IMG/VR virus record: IMGVR_UViG_3300032167_000022
Source: a virus
Strand: one strand, 5' to 3'
Length of the DNA stretch: 32,771 nt
This document shows positions 5,998-18,608 of the stretch, piece by piece. Below the pieces are notes generated by a model. That model did no database searches. It saw only the letters and a list, made by a program, of their open reading frames with translations, and was not told the origin of the DNA. The translations under genes and the position numbers were made by a program. Within the stretch, counting starts at the first letter, position 1, and each line of letters opens with the position of its first letter.

Positions 5998-7191
5998 ATG
6001 CCTGACCATTATTATTGTGAAAAATGTAATAGAACATTAGCAGCTGAAGAATTTTATACTTCAAATAATTTAGAAAAATATCCTAATGATGGTAAGTTAA
6101 ATCAATGTAAAAAATGTATTACAATGCATGTAGATAATTGGAATCCAGACACTTATCTATGGATTTTACAAGAAGTTGATGTCCCATATGTTCCAGAAGA
6201 ATGGGATAAACTTATGACATCATATATTAAAGACAATAAAAAAATTACAGGTATGACTATTTTAGGTAGATATCTATCTAAAATGAAATTAAAACAATTT
6301 AGAGAATATCGTTGGAAAGACAACGAATTTATACAAAATTTAAAAAATAAAAAAATTGAAGAAACAATGAAACGTTAGGGATATAGTGCGGTTGAAATAG
6401 CAGAAGCTATTAATAAATCAACCTTTACTATGCCTGTGGAAGAATTGCGCGAACCAGAACCTAAAGCAATTGGCTCTCAAGTGGAAGAAGAACCTGAAGA
6501 TTATTTTGCTAAATAGTCTGGTGCTGATGACTCTTTCTTTGATGATGATTTAACAGAAGAAGATAGAACATATTTAAGATTAAAATGGGGAAAAGCATAT
6601 AAACCAGAAGAATGGATTAAACTAGAACAACTTTATAATGAAATGATGGAATCTTATGATATCCAAACCGCAGGTCATATTGATACTTTAAAATTAATTT
6701 GTAAAACCTCATTAAAAGCAAATCAATTAATTGATATTGGTGATGTAGAAGGATTCCAAAAAATGAGTAAAGTTTATGATAACTTAATGAAGAGTGGTAG
6801 ATTTACTGCGGCCTAGAATAAAGCAGAATCTGGTGAGTTTGTTGACTCTATTGCTGAACTAGTTGAAATATGTGAAAAAGAAGGTTTTATTCCTAGATTT
6901 TATACAGATACACCAATGGATAAAGTTGATGAAACTTTAGCTGATTTAAAAGGATATACACGCACATTAGTCACTGAAGAAATGAATTTAGGTAATTTAA
7001 TTGAAAGTGCTGTTAAAGAAATGGCTAAGCAAGAAGCAAAAGAAGAAGATGAAGATGTTGAAGATGAACTTGATTTAGATGAAATTGAATAGTTAAAAGA
7101 TGAAGATTTTGAAGATTATAATCAATTTTTAGATGAAGATATAGAAGCTGACGCGGATTTCTTAAAGCAATTAACTAATGAGGGTAATTAA
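5998..7191 (+). CDS. about 397-aa protein with an N-terminal Cys4 zinc ribbon (CEKC...CKKC) and an acidic C-terminus, immediately upstream of terminase; candidate small terminase subunit or DNA-binding protein
   Basis: RBS aaaggagaataatttATG. Frame 1 is continuous through 4 TAG to the TAA at 7189-7191. The assignment rests on position and the zinc ribbon only. Confidence 0.45.
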
Positions 7192-7193
7192 TT

Positions 7194-8936
7194 ATGGCTT
7201 TATAGGATTTATTAAATTTATCTGAACAAAGAAAAAAAATTGGTTTATCTGAAGAAAGAGTAAATGCTATTATTCCAATAGTGCGTCAATACATTGCCTT
7301 TTGGAGAGAATATCCTGATATGTTTGTGGATTTTCTAGTTAGAGGTAATAGAACTGAAATAAAAGATGGCGAATTTAAATTTTATTTTTATTAGCGAGTA
7401 TTTTTGCGTGCGGCAATGCGACATCAGTATCTGTACGCAGTATTTCCTCGCGCCTATTCAAAATCATTCTTATCAGTAATGGTGTTAATGTGTAAATGTA
7501 TTTTGTATCCTCGTTGCAAATTGTTTGTTACTTCTGGAGGTAAGGAACAAGCTGCTGGTATCATTAAAGAAAAAGTTCAAGAAATTTGTACTCTTATTCC
7601 TGCGTTTAAAAATGAAATAGACTGGACAAGAGGTAAAACTCTTGAAGGAAAAGATTATTGTAAATATGTTTTTACAAATGGTTCATATTTTGATAATATC
7701 GCAGCGAGAGAAAGCTCTCGTGGTAAACGTCGTCATGGTGGTTTAATTGAGGAATGTGTTGGTGTTGATGGTACTATTCTTTCTGAAGTAATTATTCCTA
7801 CAATGAACGTTTCTCGTATGTGTATGGATGGTTCAACGCATCCAGAAGAATAGTTAAATAAGTCATAGATTTATGTAACTACAGCTGGATGGAAAAATAC
7901 ATTCCCTTATGATAAGCTCATTCAATTACTAGTATGGCAAATTGTTAAACCAGAAAAATCTATGATACTTGGTGGTACATATCGTATTCCAGTATTAGTT
8001 AAATTACTTGATAAAAACTTTATCCGTGATTTAAAAATGGATGGTACATTTAATGAGATGTCTTTTGACCGTGAATATGAAAGTAAATGGTCTGGTTCGG
8101 TTGAAGATGCTTTCTTTAATTCAGAAGTTTTTGATAGAAATAGAATTTTAAAATAGCCTGAATATGAAGCATCAGGGCGCTCAAGCAAATCTAGTTTTTA
8201 TATATTATCTGCGGATGTTGGTCGTAAAGGTTGTGATACTGTAGTATGCGTATTTAAGGTAACACCATAGCCGCAAGGCTCTTCCATAAAAACTTTAGTA
8301 AATTTATTTACTTTATCAGATGCGCATTTTGAAGATTAGGCTATTAAATTAAAAAGATTATTTTATAAATTTAATGCTCGTAGATTAATAATTGATGCTA
8401 ATGGTATGGGTATTGGTTTATTAGATTATTTAGTAAAGCCTCAAATTGACCCAGATACTGGCGATACTTTCCCTGATTTTGGTGTTTATAATGATGAAGA
8501 AGGATATTATAAAAAATATAGAACAGTAAATTGCGAACAAGATGCTGTTTATCAAATAAAAGCAAATGCTCCTATAAATACTGAAGCTCATGCTAATGCG
8601 CGTTCTCAATTATCTTCTGGAAAAGTTAAAATGCTTATAGATGAACGTGTGGCAAAAGTTAAATTAATGGGAACAAAATTAGGTTAGAATATGAAGCCTG
8701 AAGAAAGGGCAGAATATTTAAAACCATTTACTTTAACTTCCATATTAAGAGAGGAATTAATGAACCTTCGTGAAGAAAATGAAGGTGTTAATATTATACT
8801 TAAATAGGTAAACCGAGGGGTTAGAAAAGATAAATTTTCTGCCTTTGAATATGGTCTATATTATATTAAACAAGAAGAAGATAATAAAAAGAAGAAAAAG
8901 AAATTTAATGCTAAAGAGTGGATGTTTTTAAGTTAA
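7194..8936 (+). CDS. terL: terminase large subunit (about 580 aa, 9 in-frame TAG)
   Basis: RBS gagggt. The translation gives FYFY*RVF aligned with the T4 gp17 Y-Q-R adenine-binding motif, a deviant Walker A (PRAYSKS), YVTTAGW (motif III), and nuclease-domain aspartates (ILSADVGRKG, LIIDANGMGIGL). It ends at a TAA. Confidence 0.8.
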
Positions 8937-8948
8937 GGGGGGAGATAA

Positions 8949-9305
8949 TTGCGGGCATCTCGTGGTGAAATCAAAATAGAAGAAATTTTGACAGAAGCAG
9001 AATTACATTTTAAAATGGAATATATTTTTCCAGATTTAAAAAGTCCAAATGGTCGTCCTTTGAGATTTGATTTTGTTGTTTTTGATGATGATGGAAATAT
9101 TGATTTTATTATTGAATATTAGGGAAAATAGCATTATGAAGCTAGTCAAAAATTTGGTGGTAAAAAAGGTCTTTATCAACAACAATATAATGATAATCAA
9201 AAAAGAAGATTTTGTGCTTTACATGATTTTAAATTAATTGAAATCCCTTATACAGATGAACATCTTATTACTTATGATTATTTAATGCATTTAGCAGGAT
9301 ATTAA
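8949..9305 (+). CDS. DUF559/Vsr-like small endonuclease-fold protein (about 118 aa; RFDFVVFDDDGNIDFIIEY*GK*HY)
   Basis: Frame 0 ORF after RBS aagggggga. I propose a TTG start at 8949; the alternative is the in-frame ATG at about 9012. The motif resembles the DUF559 consensus (lvIEvDG.qH). Confidence 0.45.
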
Positions 9306-9322
9306 GTAAAGGAGGTGGAATT

Positions 9323-10936
9323 TTGGATAATAAAGAATTAACGCGAAATGAACAAATTCATGCTAAAGGTTTTAACATTGATGGCGGATATAGAGATTAT
9401 GCTTGTATAGATAGTGAGACTGACTTTAAACGTATAAAAGTTGGAGTTAAGCAATTAGATGACGCAGTTTTAAATTTAGGTTCATTAAAATCTTGTTTGC
9501 CACCAAACCATAAATTCGCAGATAAAAAATATATCTTTAAAATGATTATGGATAGAAATATAGAAGAATTGAGAAATATATCTAATTTCTATTATAATAT
9601 GAATGGTATATATGAAAGAGTTTGTAATTATTTCGCTTAGTTATATAGATATGACTGGTATGTTGTTCCAGAAGTAATTGATGATAGTATTAAAGAAGAT
9701 AAAATATTGAAAGATTTTTCTAAAGTGCTGAATTATTTAGATAATTCATATGTTAGAAAAATTTGTCAAGATATTGCTTTAGAGATTATGAAAAATGGAT
9801 GTTATTATGGATATCTTGTTCCAAGTTCAGATAGCATTATTCTACAACAATTGCCGATTGAATATTGCCGCTCTCGCTATAGCGTCGCAGGAATGCCAGC
9901 CATTGAATTTAATATGAAATTTTTTGATACGTTTAGAGATATGAATTATCGTTTAAAAGTATTAAATTTATTTCCCGATGAATTCAAAAAAGGTTATTTA
10001 CTTTATAAGCAAGGAAAATTACCCGCTGAAGTGTAGGGAGATAGTAGTGGTGGATGGTATTTATTAGATACAGATAGTGCTGTTAAATTTAATTTTAATG
10101 GTAGTGATATTCCTCCATTTGTAAATGCTATTGGGGCTTTATTGGATTTAGATGCTGCTTAGGATTTAGACCGTCGTAAGTAGATGTAGAAATTGTTAAA
10201 AATTATTGTTCAAAAACTTCCATTAGATAAAAATGGTGATTTAATTTTTGATGTAGATGAAGCAAGAGATATTCACAATAATGGTGTATAGATGTTAAGA
10301 CGTGCTGTTGGTGTTGATGTTTTAACAACTTTTACTGATGTTGATTCAATTGATTTATCTGATAAAAATACATCTACAACAACCGATGATTTGGAAAAAG
10401 TAGAAAGAGCATTATTTAATGCTTTAGGTATTTCTTAGAATTTATTTAATACTGATGGAAATTTATCATTGGAAAAATCTATTTTAAATGATGAATCAGT
10501 AGTGAGAAATCTATTATGTTAGTTTAGTATTTTCTTTGACAAAGTTATTGATAAAAAATATTCAAATGGAAAAAAATATAAATTTAAATTTTATATGTTA
10601 GAAACCACTCAATATAATTATAAAGATTTAGCTAAATTATACAAAGAATAGACGCAAATTGGATATTCAAAAATGTTACCGCAAATAGCTTTAGGTCATT
10701 CTCAAAGCTTTATTTTAAATTCAGTACATTTTGAAAATGAAGTATTACATTTAAGTGAAATTATGATTCCTCCTCTAATGAGTTCAACTATGAGTAGTGA
10801 AGATGTTTTAGGTAATAAAAAATCTACAACTAGTTCCAATTCTAATTCTACTTCTGGAAATGCGGTTGGCCGACCGGAGAAAGCAGATTCAGAAAAAAGT
10901 GAAAAGACAATTCAAAATAAAGAGTCAATGAATTAA
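9323..10936 (+). CDS. portal protein (about 537 aa, about 12 in-frame TAG)
   Basis: TTG start after AAAGGAGGTGG. One frame is continuous, joining track ORFs 9323, 9707 and 10673. It lies downstream of terL and has a Ser/Thr-rich acidic C-terminus. I did not verify family membership. Confidence 0.5.
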
Positions 10937-10947
10937 GGAGGATAATA

Positions 10948-12579
10948 ATGAAACATAAAAGTATTAAATTAGATACAGGAGTTGAATTAATTAATATCAC
11001 TCCTTTTAATCCATTAATTTCTAAATGTTAGATTAAGGTTTGTTATGTAAGTGATGAACCTAACAGAAATAAAAGTATAATTACTAAAGAAGTTGCTAAA
11101 TAGATTGCTAATAGTCTTCCAGGCAGTCCTATTGTTGGTTATTATAACGAACACAAAGAAGACTTTGAAGAACATAATAGAATTATTGAAATTTCAAATG
11201 GATAGTTTAAAATTAAAGATACAACTAGACCATATGGATTTGTTGATTTAGGAGCAAAAGTATGGTTTCAGAAATTTTTAGATGATGATACCACTGAAAG
11301 AGAATATTTAGTAACTGAAGGATGGCTGTGGACTGGTCAATATCCTGAATGCCAACGAGCAATTGATGAAGGAAATAATCATTCTATGGAATTAGATGAA
11401 GATTATTTAAATGCTTTTTGGACGAAAGATAGTAATGGAAAACCTTAGTTTTTTATTATAAATGAAGCAATTATTTCAAAACTTTGTATGTTAGGCGAGG
11501 ATAATGAACCTTGTTTTGAAGGTTCAAATATTACCGCGCCAGATTTAACATTCTCATATGGAGATAATTTTAAAGAACAACTTTTCTCTATGATGAATGA
11601 AATAAAAGAATTATTAAATGAAGGAGGAAAAGAAGTGTTTACTAGATACGCTGTAGAAATCGGTGACGCTTTATGGAGCAGTCTTTATAGCTACCTTGAA
11701 AAAACATATCCAGATGGACAGTATTGTTCTGTATATCGTATTGAAGGTATTTATGAAGAGAATGGTCAAAAGTTTACTATTCTTCAACATCGTGCTGATT
11801 TAAAATATTTCCGTTTAAATTTCTCTTTGGATGAAAGTAATGGATTTGTTCCATCAGACACTTTTGTTGAGGTAACAAAGACTTATACTCCATCTGAACA
11901 GCCTCAGTTCGCTTTGGCTGATATTGAAGCTTATGAAGCTGAATATGCCTCAAATCAGAAAAATTCTTCTGAAGAAGAGGACAAAAATGATAAAGATGAA
12001 ACAAACAATTCTGATAATAATTCAGAAGGTGAAAAAGCACCTGAAGATAATGAAACTTTCGCAAAGAAAGATGATGAAGAGGAAGAAAAATGTCCTAAAT
12101 GCGGCAAACCTGTAAAGGAATGCGAGTGCGAGGATGAAGAAGAAGAGGATAAGAAAAAGAAATATTCTCTTGAAGAAATTCCTGAATATGTAGAACTTCA
12201 AAATACTTATGCTCAATTAAAGAGTGATTATGATGCTCTTGTACTTGAAAAAGAAAATCTTGAAGCGCAAATTAAACCATTATCTGAATTTAAAGCTAAT
12301 GCTGATAAAAAAGAAAAAGAAGCAATGATTGCTAGTTTCTATATGCTTTCTGATGAAGATAAAGCTGATGTTATTACCAATATTGATACTTATTCTTTGG
12401 ATGAAATTGAAGCAAAGCTTGCTATTATTTGTGTTCGTAACAAGGTTAGTTTTAATCTTGAAGATGATAAAGGTGTTGAAACACCACCTACAACTTATGA
12501 CCTAAACAGTGATGATAATAATGATAATGTTCCTGCTTGGGTTAAACGTGCAATGTCTGTTGCAGAAAATATGAAATAA
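10948..12579 (+). CDS. prohead protease and/or scaffolding protein (about 543 aa: N-terminal domain with 5 TAG, then an acidic coiled-coil C-terminal half with no TAG and a CPKCGKPVKECEC motif)
   Basis: RBS ggaggataataATG. The frame is continuous to track ORF 11488..12579. Its position between portal and capsid and its acidic coiled-coil composition support the call. Confidence 0.45.
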
Positions 12580-12608
12580 TAATAAAAATTTAAAGGAGGA
12601 CATATATA

Positions 12609-13427
12609 ATGTATTCACCTGGAATGGAAAAATGGTTCAAGAATAATTATGCTAGCCAGGCAAAATACGTTCAGTTTGGTTTTGGTCAGGTTGAACCTAA
12701 CCATCTTTCTGCTCAACGTACCGGCCAGATTTATGGCCAATTGCCTGCGGCTGCTGATATTGCTATTTTAGAGCAAGGCCAGTTTGTAAAGTATGACTAT
12801 GCGAAGGGTGTAGTTAATTTTGAGGGTGCTGGCGAATGGATGCTCGTTTATAATGAAATTAAGTTATATCGTGAAAATCAGGCAGATTGCGAATTCGCAA
12901 TGTTAAAAGATAATTATCAGGCTCGTGTTTATAGCCCATTTGGTTACGGTCTTGATAAGGACGGCAATCAGGCTCCTGATATTGTCTGGGACAAACAGTC
13001 TCGTTATTATAATGGTGTTGATGCTGAAGGTAATGACTCCATTACTCTTAATGATAAGACTTATAAGTTTGATGATGTAACTGCTGATGGTACCACTATT
13101 ACTGCTGCTGATGGTACTGAAAAGCATATTTCTGCTGACCCTTATGAGATGAATCTCACTAGTGACCCTTATCATATTGAAGGTCCTTATAAGGAAGCTA
13201 TGATGCCCGAAGGCACCACAATGGTTCCTCGCGTATTTAAGACTAATGTTGGTGATATTTTCACTACTAACACTGTAAATGCTGACACTCTTGCTGTTGG
13301 TGATATTCTTACTCCTGGTGCTAAGGGTATCCTTGAGGTTGGCGAAGGCGATATGAAGTGGCAGGTTGTTAAAGTTTATACAATGCCTGATAGACAGCAA
13401 GGCGTTAAGATTATGCGTATTGCGTAA
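12609..13427 (+). CDS. capsid-associated structural protein (272 aa; decoration or auxiliary capsid protein?), TAG-free, higher GC and different codon usage
   Basis: RBS aaaggaggacatatataATG. Complete ORF; Thr/Gly/Asp-rich. Confidence 0.5.
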   Translation: MYSPGMEKWFKNNYASQAKYVQFGFGQVEPNHLSAQRTGQIYGQLPAAADIAILEQGQFVKYDYAKGVVNFEGAGEWMLVYNEIKLYRENQADCEFAMLKDNYQARVYSPFGYGLDKDGNQAPDIVWDKQSRYYNGVDAEGNDSITLNDKTYKFDDVTADGTTITAADGTEKHISADPYEMNLTSDPYHIEGPYKEAMMPEGTTMVPRVFKTNVGDIFTTNTVNADTLAVGDILTPGAKGILEVGEGDMKWQVVKVYTMPDRQQGVKIMRIA

Positions 13428-13444
13428 GAAAGGAGTGAAGAATA

Positions 13445-14560
13445 ATGGCTTTAGATAGACAAAATTTAGTTGATTTGATGAAGCAGGTAGCAAAAGCTGA
13501 CCCTTCCGCTCCTACTGCTTATGCGTATGGTGATAAGACTCTTAGCTATGATGCTTTAAATGAAACTTTGCGTCAAGAATTAAATGAACTTGCTGGTTCA
13601 TATTCTGACTATCGTGAAAATAAAAATCTTATTTTCGCAGTAATTGAAGAAACTCTTGATGAAGTTCTTCCTAAGAAGGTTGAACAGAAATATGAGCAGT
13701 TTGCTGAAGTTAAGCAGTTTGCTCAAGGTGATAAGCCTGCGTTTCGCCGCAAGGTTGGTTCCAGCAAACGTGCTAAGCAGTTTATTACTCGTGTTGGTTT
13801 AAATGGTATTTATGAAGTATTTAAGCTTGCTCCTAATACCGATGAAGTAATTGAAGTTCGTACTTCTGCTGTCGGTGGAGCTGCTCAAATCGGATTTGAG
13901 GAGTTCCTTGATGGTCGTGTAGACTTCGCAGAAGTTACTCGCATCGTTATGGAGGGTATTGATGAACTTATTTATAAGGAAATCGCGCATGCTCTTAAAG
14001 CTTCTGTAAATCAGTTACCACCAGCAAATAGAGTTGCTGCTCCTGGCTTTGATGAGGCTGCTTTTGACAAACTTCTTACTATTGCTAATGCTTATGGTAC
14101 ACCTACTATTTATTGTACTTATGAATTTGCTGTTCAGATGATTCCATAGGAAGCTTGGAGATATACTGAGGCAATGAAGACTGAGCTTTGGAATACTGGT
14201 CGTCTCGCTTCTTATAAGGGACATAAGGTAGTTATTCTTGAGCAAGGCTTTGAGGATGAAACTAATAGTCGCAAAGTTATTGACCCAGGTTATGTATGGA
14301 TTATTCCTGCTGGCGCTGATAGCAAGCCTGTAAAGGTTGCTTTTGAAGGTCAGACTCTTGTTGATGAATAGGTTAATAAGGACCGTTCTCGTGAAATTCA
14401 GGTTTATAAGAAGGTTGGCGTTGTTGCTATGTTGGCAAATAACATTTGCTGCTATGTTGATACTGCTCTTCTTGGTGACCTTGATACTTGGCATCTTGAT
14501 GGTGTAACCGGTAAGGTTGCTACTTATGATGGCCGTCTTGATGGTTCTTTAAAGGCGTAA
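13445..14560 (+). CDS. major capsid protein candidate (371 aa, only 2 TAG)
   Basis: RBS aaggagtgaagaataATG. It joins track ORFs 13445 and 14174 through TAG. A strong terminator follows it, as is typical for a major capsid gene. The residue pattern is reminiscent of HK97-fold capsid proteins, but this is not verified. Confidence 0.5.
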
Positions 14561-14596
14561 TTAATAATTTAAAATTAAATATATATAAATAAACAT

Positions 14597-14640
14597 GGGG
14601 GAGAATGGGGATGTTCCCCTTCTCCCTTATATTTATTAAT
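14597..14640 (+). terminator. rho-independent terminator after the capsid gene
   Basis: GC hairpin ggggagaatgggga-tgt-tccccttctccc followed by ttatatttatt. Confidence 0.6.
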
Positions 14641-14662
14641 GGAGATAAAGGAGATAAATAAA

Positions 14663-15226
14663 ATGGCAAATAATAAAATATGTTTAGTAAAGAATAGAAG
14701 TGCTGGAATGGTTGTTTATAAAATTCCAGAAGATGGAGTTAGACGTGAATTTCAGCCCGGTGAAACAAAAAAGATTGCGTTTACAGAGTTGGAGAAATTA
14801 ACTTATCAACCTGGTGGACGCACACTTATTGCGAATTTTCTTCAAATTACTGATGAAAAAGTAACTAGTGATTTAAATGTTCATACAGAAGCTGAGTACT
14901 ATATGTCTGAAGAACAAGTTGCTGAATTGATTTTAAATGGTGAACTTGACGCTTTCCTTGATGCTTTAGATTATGCCCCTATTGGCGTAATTGATTTAAT
15001 TAAGCAATATGCTATTTCTCTTCCAATGAATGACTTACAGAAGAGAGATGCTTTATTGAAAAAGACTGGTTTTGATGTGACCAGAGCTCTTGAAAATTTG
15101 CGCAATGAACAGCAAGTTGATAATGCTAATAAGGAAAATGATGCGGCTCCAGCTACTACTTCTAGACGTAGAACAACTACAAATTATAAAGTCGTTAATA
15201 AAACAGAAGAAAGTAAAAGTGAGTAA
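14663..15226 (+). CDS. hypothetical structural protein (187 aa), TAG-free
   Basis: RBS aaaggagataaataaaATG. The track ORF start at 14639 is probably too early. Confidence 0.5.
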   Translation: MANNKICLVKNRSAGMVVYKIPEDGVRREFQPGETKKIAFTELEKLTYQPGGRTLIANFLQITDEKVTSDLNVHTEAEYYMSEEQVAELILNGELDAFLDALDYAPIGVIDLIKQYAISLPMNDLQKRDALLKKTGFDVTRALENLRNEQQVDNANKENDAAPATTSRRRTTTNYKVVNKTEESKSE

Positions 15227-15248
15227 TTAATAGATAGGAGGCGAAGAG

Positions 15249-15917
15249 ATGGCAACACTTTTTGGAAGTGTTTATAATCGCTTTCTTGGAAAAATTACTG
15301 ATGATTTGTATATGGAATTAACCCCAGAAGATACAATTAAGGATTTGTAGAATTTCTTAATTGACGCAATTCCTGGTTTTGAATTTCCACGCATTAATTT
15401 ATTTGATTATAAAATTAATTTACAAATTGTTGATGCTGATTAGCTCGTAGATGATGATTTTATTTTAGGAGCTATTTGGGGAGATATTTCAAATACTGAT
15501 AAATCATAGATTCCTAGTTTTGATGAATTTGCTTCATTACCAGCTAATTTATAGTTTCATGTAACTTGGGGCGAAATACCAGATACATCAAAACCAGATG
15601 TTCCAAAAGTTCTTGTTGATAGGTCTTATTTTACAGCTGAATTAAGTTCTGAAGAAATCAATATTTTAGCAATATTGATGAAACAGGCTTGGGTTTAGCG
15701 TCAAGTTACTTCAATTGAGCATACTCGTATGAAATATAGTGGGTCAGATTTTAAAATGACTTCACAAGCAAACCATTTACAAAAATTATTAAATTTATTG
15801 GAAGAATCTCGTAGAGATTCTCTCCATATGTAGCGTTTATATAAACGAAGAAAAAATGTAAATGGAATTTATCAATCTAATTGGTCTATATTGAGGGATA
15901 CGAGTGCTATTAACTAA
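15249..15917 (+). CDS. head-tail joining region protein (222 aa, 6 TAG)
   Basis: RBS taggaggcgaagagATG. Frame 0 is continuous to a TAA. Confidence 0.45.
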
Positions 15918-16212
15918 ATATGGCTATTATGTGCCACAAGAAGTAATTGACAAAACTGTAAAAAGATTAACAAATTAGCTATGGAAATTAATTCCTATGC
16001 GTGAAAATAATGAAGACTGGCAAAAACAATTGGAAACTGTAATAGTAGAAATTGCGGGTTTAAATGAAATTTTCATTTGCTCGCATTTTTTATAGCTTCT
16101 TAGTAAGCTAGAAGGAATAAAAGTCCAAGATATAAATTTTGAGCTATATAGAAAAACTGTATTTGAATCAATCAGTTTACTTTAGGAGTTAAGCCGTGGA
16201 ATCAGGTTATGA
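15904..16212 (+). CDS. small protein (about 102 aa, 3 TAG), possible GTG start overlapping the upstream gene
   Basis: Frame 1 opens after the TGA at 15892. There is a GTG at 15904 with gaggga 5 nt upstream. It ends in TGA. The start is uncertain. Confidence 0.3.
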
Positions 16213-17269
16213 TTTTAGTGGACGACATTCCTATAGATTATTACAAGGAAGATTAGGAAGCTATGATAAAAGACCATATGACCCCACGCAAACAGACCCT
16301 AAGCTTGATGGTATTGAAAGCTAGTCTATGCGATTGAGGGCACACGGTGGTAATAGATAGCAAGAAAGAATGATAAAAGATAAACGTCGTTCTTTAGATT
16401 AGGCAGTTTGGAATTCATATCAAGCTGCTGAAGTAGTACGTGTAGATGCGGAAAACCGCAAGCCTGTACGTGCTTTGATTAATCCTAATAAATTAAAACA
16501 GGATTATGATGATAAAATCATCTCTATTGGATTTGAATATAATTTTAAATGCGGTGATGTATTTGAATGGTTAGGAACTAAATCTCATTGGTTAATTTAT
16601 TTACAAGATTTAACTGAATTAGCTTATTTCCGTGGAGATATTAGAAGATGTTCTTATGAAATTAATTGGACAGATGAAAATGGAGAACATTCTACATATG
16701 CTGCTATTAGAGGTCCAGTAGAAACAAAAATAAATTATATACAAAAACATGGTATTAGTGTTGACACACCTAATTATTCATTAAATTTATTATTGCCGCA
16801 AACTAAAGAAACTTTAGAATATTTTAAAAGATATTCAAAATTTTATTTGTAGAGTGATGATGAAAATGCTTAGTAGGTATGTTGGAGAGTAGAGGCTATT
16901 GACTGGATTAGTACTCCTGGAATATTGGAGATTAATGCGGTTGAATATTATGCGAATGAGACTGAGGATGATATTGAAAATGGTGTTGTTGGAGGTTTGA
17001 TTGTTAAACCAGAGAATCCTAACACTGAAGAGATTGAAGAAACAATTGTTGGTGAAACATTTATTAAACCTAAAAAAGAATATGAGTTTTAGTTTACTGG
17101 AACCGCAGAACTTAATTGGGTAATAGATAAAAAATATCCTATTATTTATGAAGTAAATGAGGATAATCCAAAATAGATTAAATTAAAATGGGATAGTGCT
17201 TATTCGGGTTAGTTTAATTTAAATTATGGAAATTATGTTAAAACAATTGTTGTTGAATCTTTGTTTTAA
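16196..17269 (+). CDS. head-tail/tail structural protein (about 357 aa, about 9 TAG including a TAG TAG doublet)
   Basis: GTG at 16196 with taggag 5 nt upstream. Frame 2 is continuous through track ORF 16475..16852 to the TAA at 17267. The start could instead be the internal ATG at about 16326. Confidence 0.4.
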
Positions 17270-17298
17270 TATTGTTTAGAGTAAAAGGAGAATTAATT

Positions 17299-17883
17299 AT
17301 GAAATTAGAAACATATACTTGTCCAAAATCAAGTTTTTTGTCAGCAGAAAAAGATATGGCGATTATTACAAATACATTAATTAAAAATGATAATTTGAAA
17401 CGTCTTTTATATTATAATACAAAAGATTGTTTAAATTAGCCAAAACTAACAGAAGATTAGACATTAGGACTTTTTAATAAAAATATTAAATTAGTTCCTA
17501 AACTATATGTTGATGGCTCTGTTTTAACTTATATAATTGTGAGTTTTGATAATTTTACTGCTAATGGTACTAATCCAGAATTTAGAGATAATATTGTTGA
17601 ATTTGATATTATTTGTCATTTTGATTAGTGGCAGTTAAAAGATTTTTAGTTAAGACCATATCGTATCGCTGCTGAAATTGATTCAATGTTTGATGGTTAG
17701 CATTTAACTGGTATAGGCGAGTTAGAATTTTTAGGAGCAAATCAAATTATTTTAACTGATGAATATGCTGGATTATGTTTAATGTATCAAGCAATTCATG
17801 GAGAAGAAGATAAGAAATTCATGCCTAACCCCAATAATGAGCAATAGATGATTGAAAATTTTAATAAAATTTTTAATGAATAA
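17299..17883 (+). CDS. tail/connector-region protein (194 aa, 6 TAG)
   Basis: RBS aaaggagaattaattATG. Frame 1 runs to a TAA. Confidence 0.45.
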
Positions 17884-18608
17884 TGGATAGACGATTAGCT
17901 TTAATGTGCGGAACTGACATTCCAGTTCCCGAATGTTAGGTTACCGTTCATCAACCACTTATTAAAGAAATTGCTTTAATTGGAGAGAAAGATTTTTTTA
18001 CAGGAGTACAAACTTTTTGTATAAGTAAAAAAATGTTCGCATAGGACAAAGGTCTTTTAGAAAATACCAATAATTTTTAGATATTTATGACAATAATGTC
18101 GGAAAAAGAAACAGCCGATAAAAAATTTTCTGTATAGCAAATGGTTCCTTTATTTTTTCCAAATTATAAAATTAATTTTACTCCACGTTCTATAATTCTA
18201 TAGAATAATGGTAAAATAATTACAATTGATGAAAAAAATTTTGAACCTTTGTAGGATGCTATTTCAGAAATTTGTTGTTTAAAGACTGGCCCAATGGATA
18301 CGAATGGTTTTAATCCCGCAGATAAAAAAGCGCAAGAAATTGCGGATAAATTACTGCGTGGTCGGCAACGAGTTGCTGAACAAAAGGGTGAGTCTAATGC
18401 TAGTATATTTAGTCAATATCTTTCAACTTTGACTGTTGGATTAAATTCTATGAGTTTATAGGATTTAATGGAATTAACCATATTTCAAATATATGATTTG
18501 CTTGAAAGATATACACTATTTATTAATTGGGATATAGATGTTCGTTCTCGTTTAGCAGGAGCTTAGCCTGATTCTAAACCAGACAACTGGATGAAAAATA
18601 TCCATTAA
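17883..18608 (+). CDS. tail/connector-region protein (241 aa, 8 TAG), start overlapping the upstream stop (TAATG)
   Basis: ATG at 17883. Frame 0 runs to the TAA at 18606. Confidence 0.45.

Noticed and set aside
5998-6378. Calling 5998..6378 a separate 126-aa gene that ends at TAG
   Set aside because: Coding periodicity continues in the same frame beyond the TAG, and there is no RBS or start codon nearby. Given the recoding seen everywhere on this strand, I merged it into one gene, 5998..7191.
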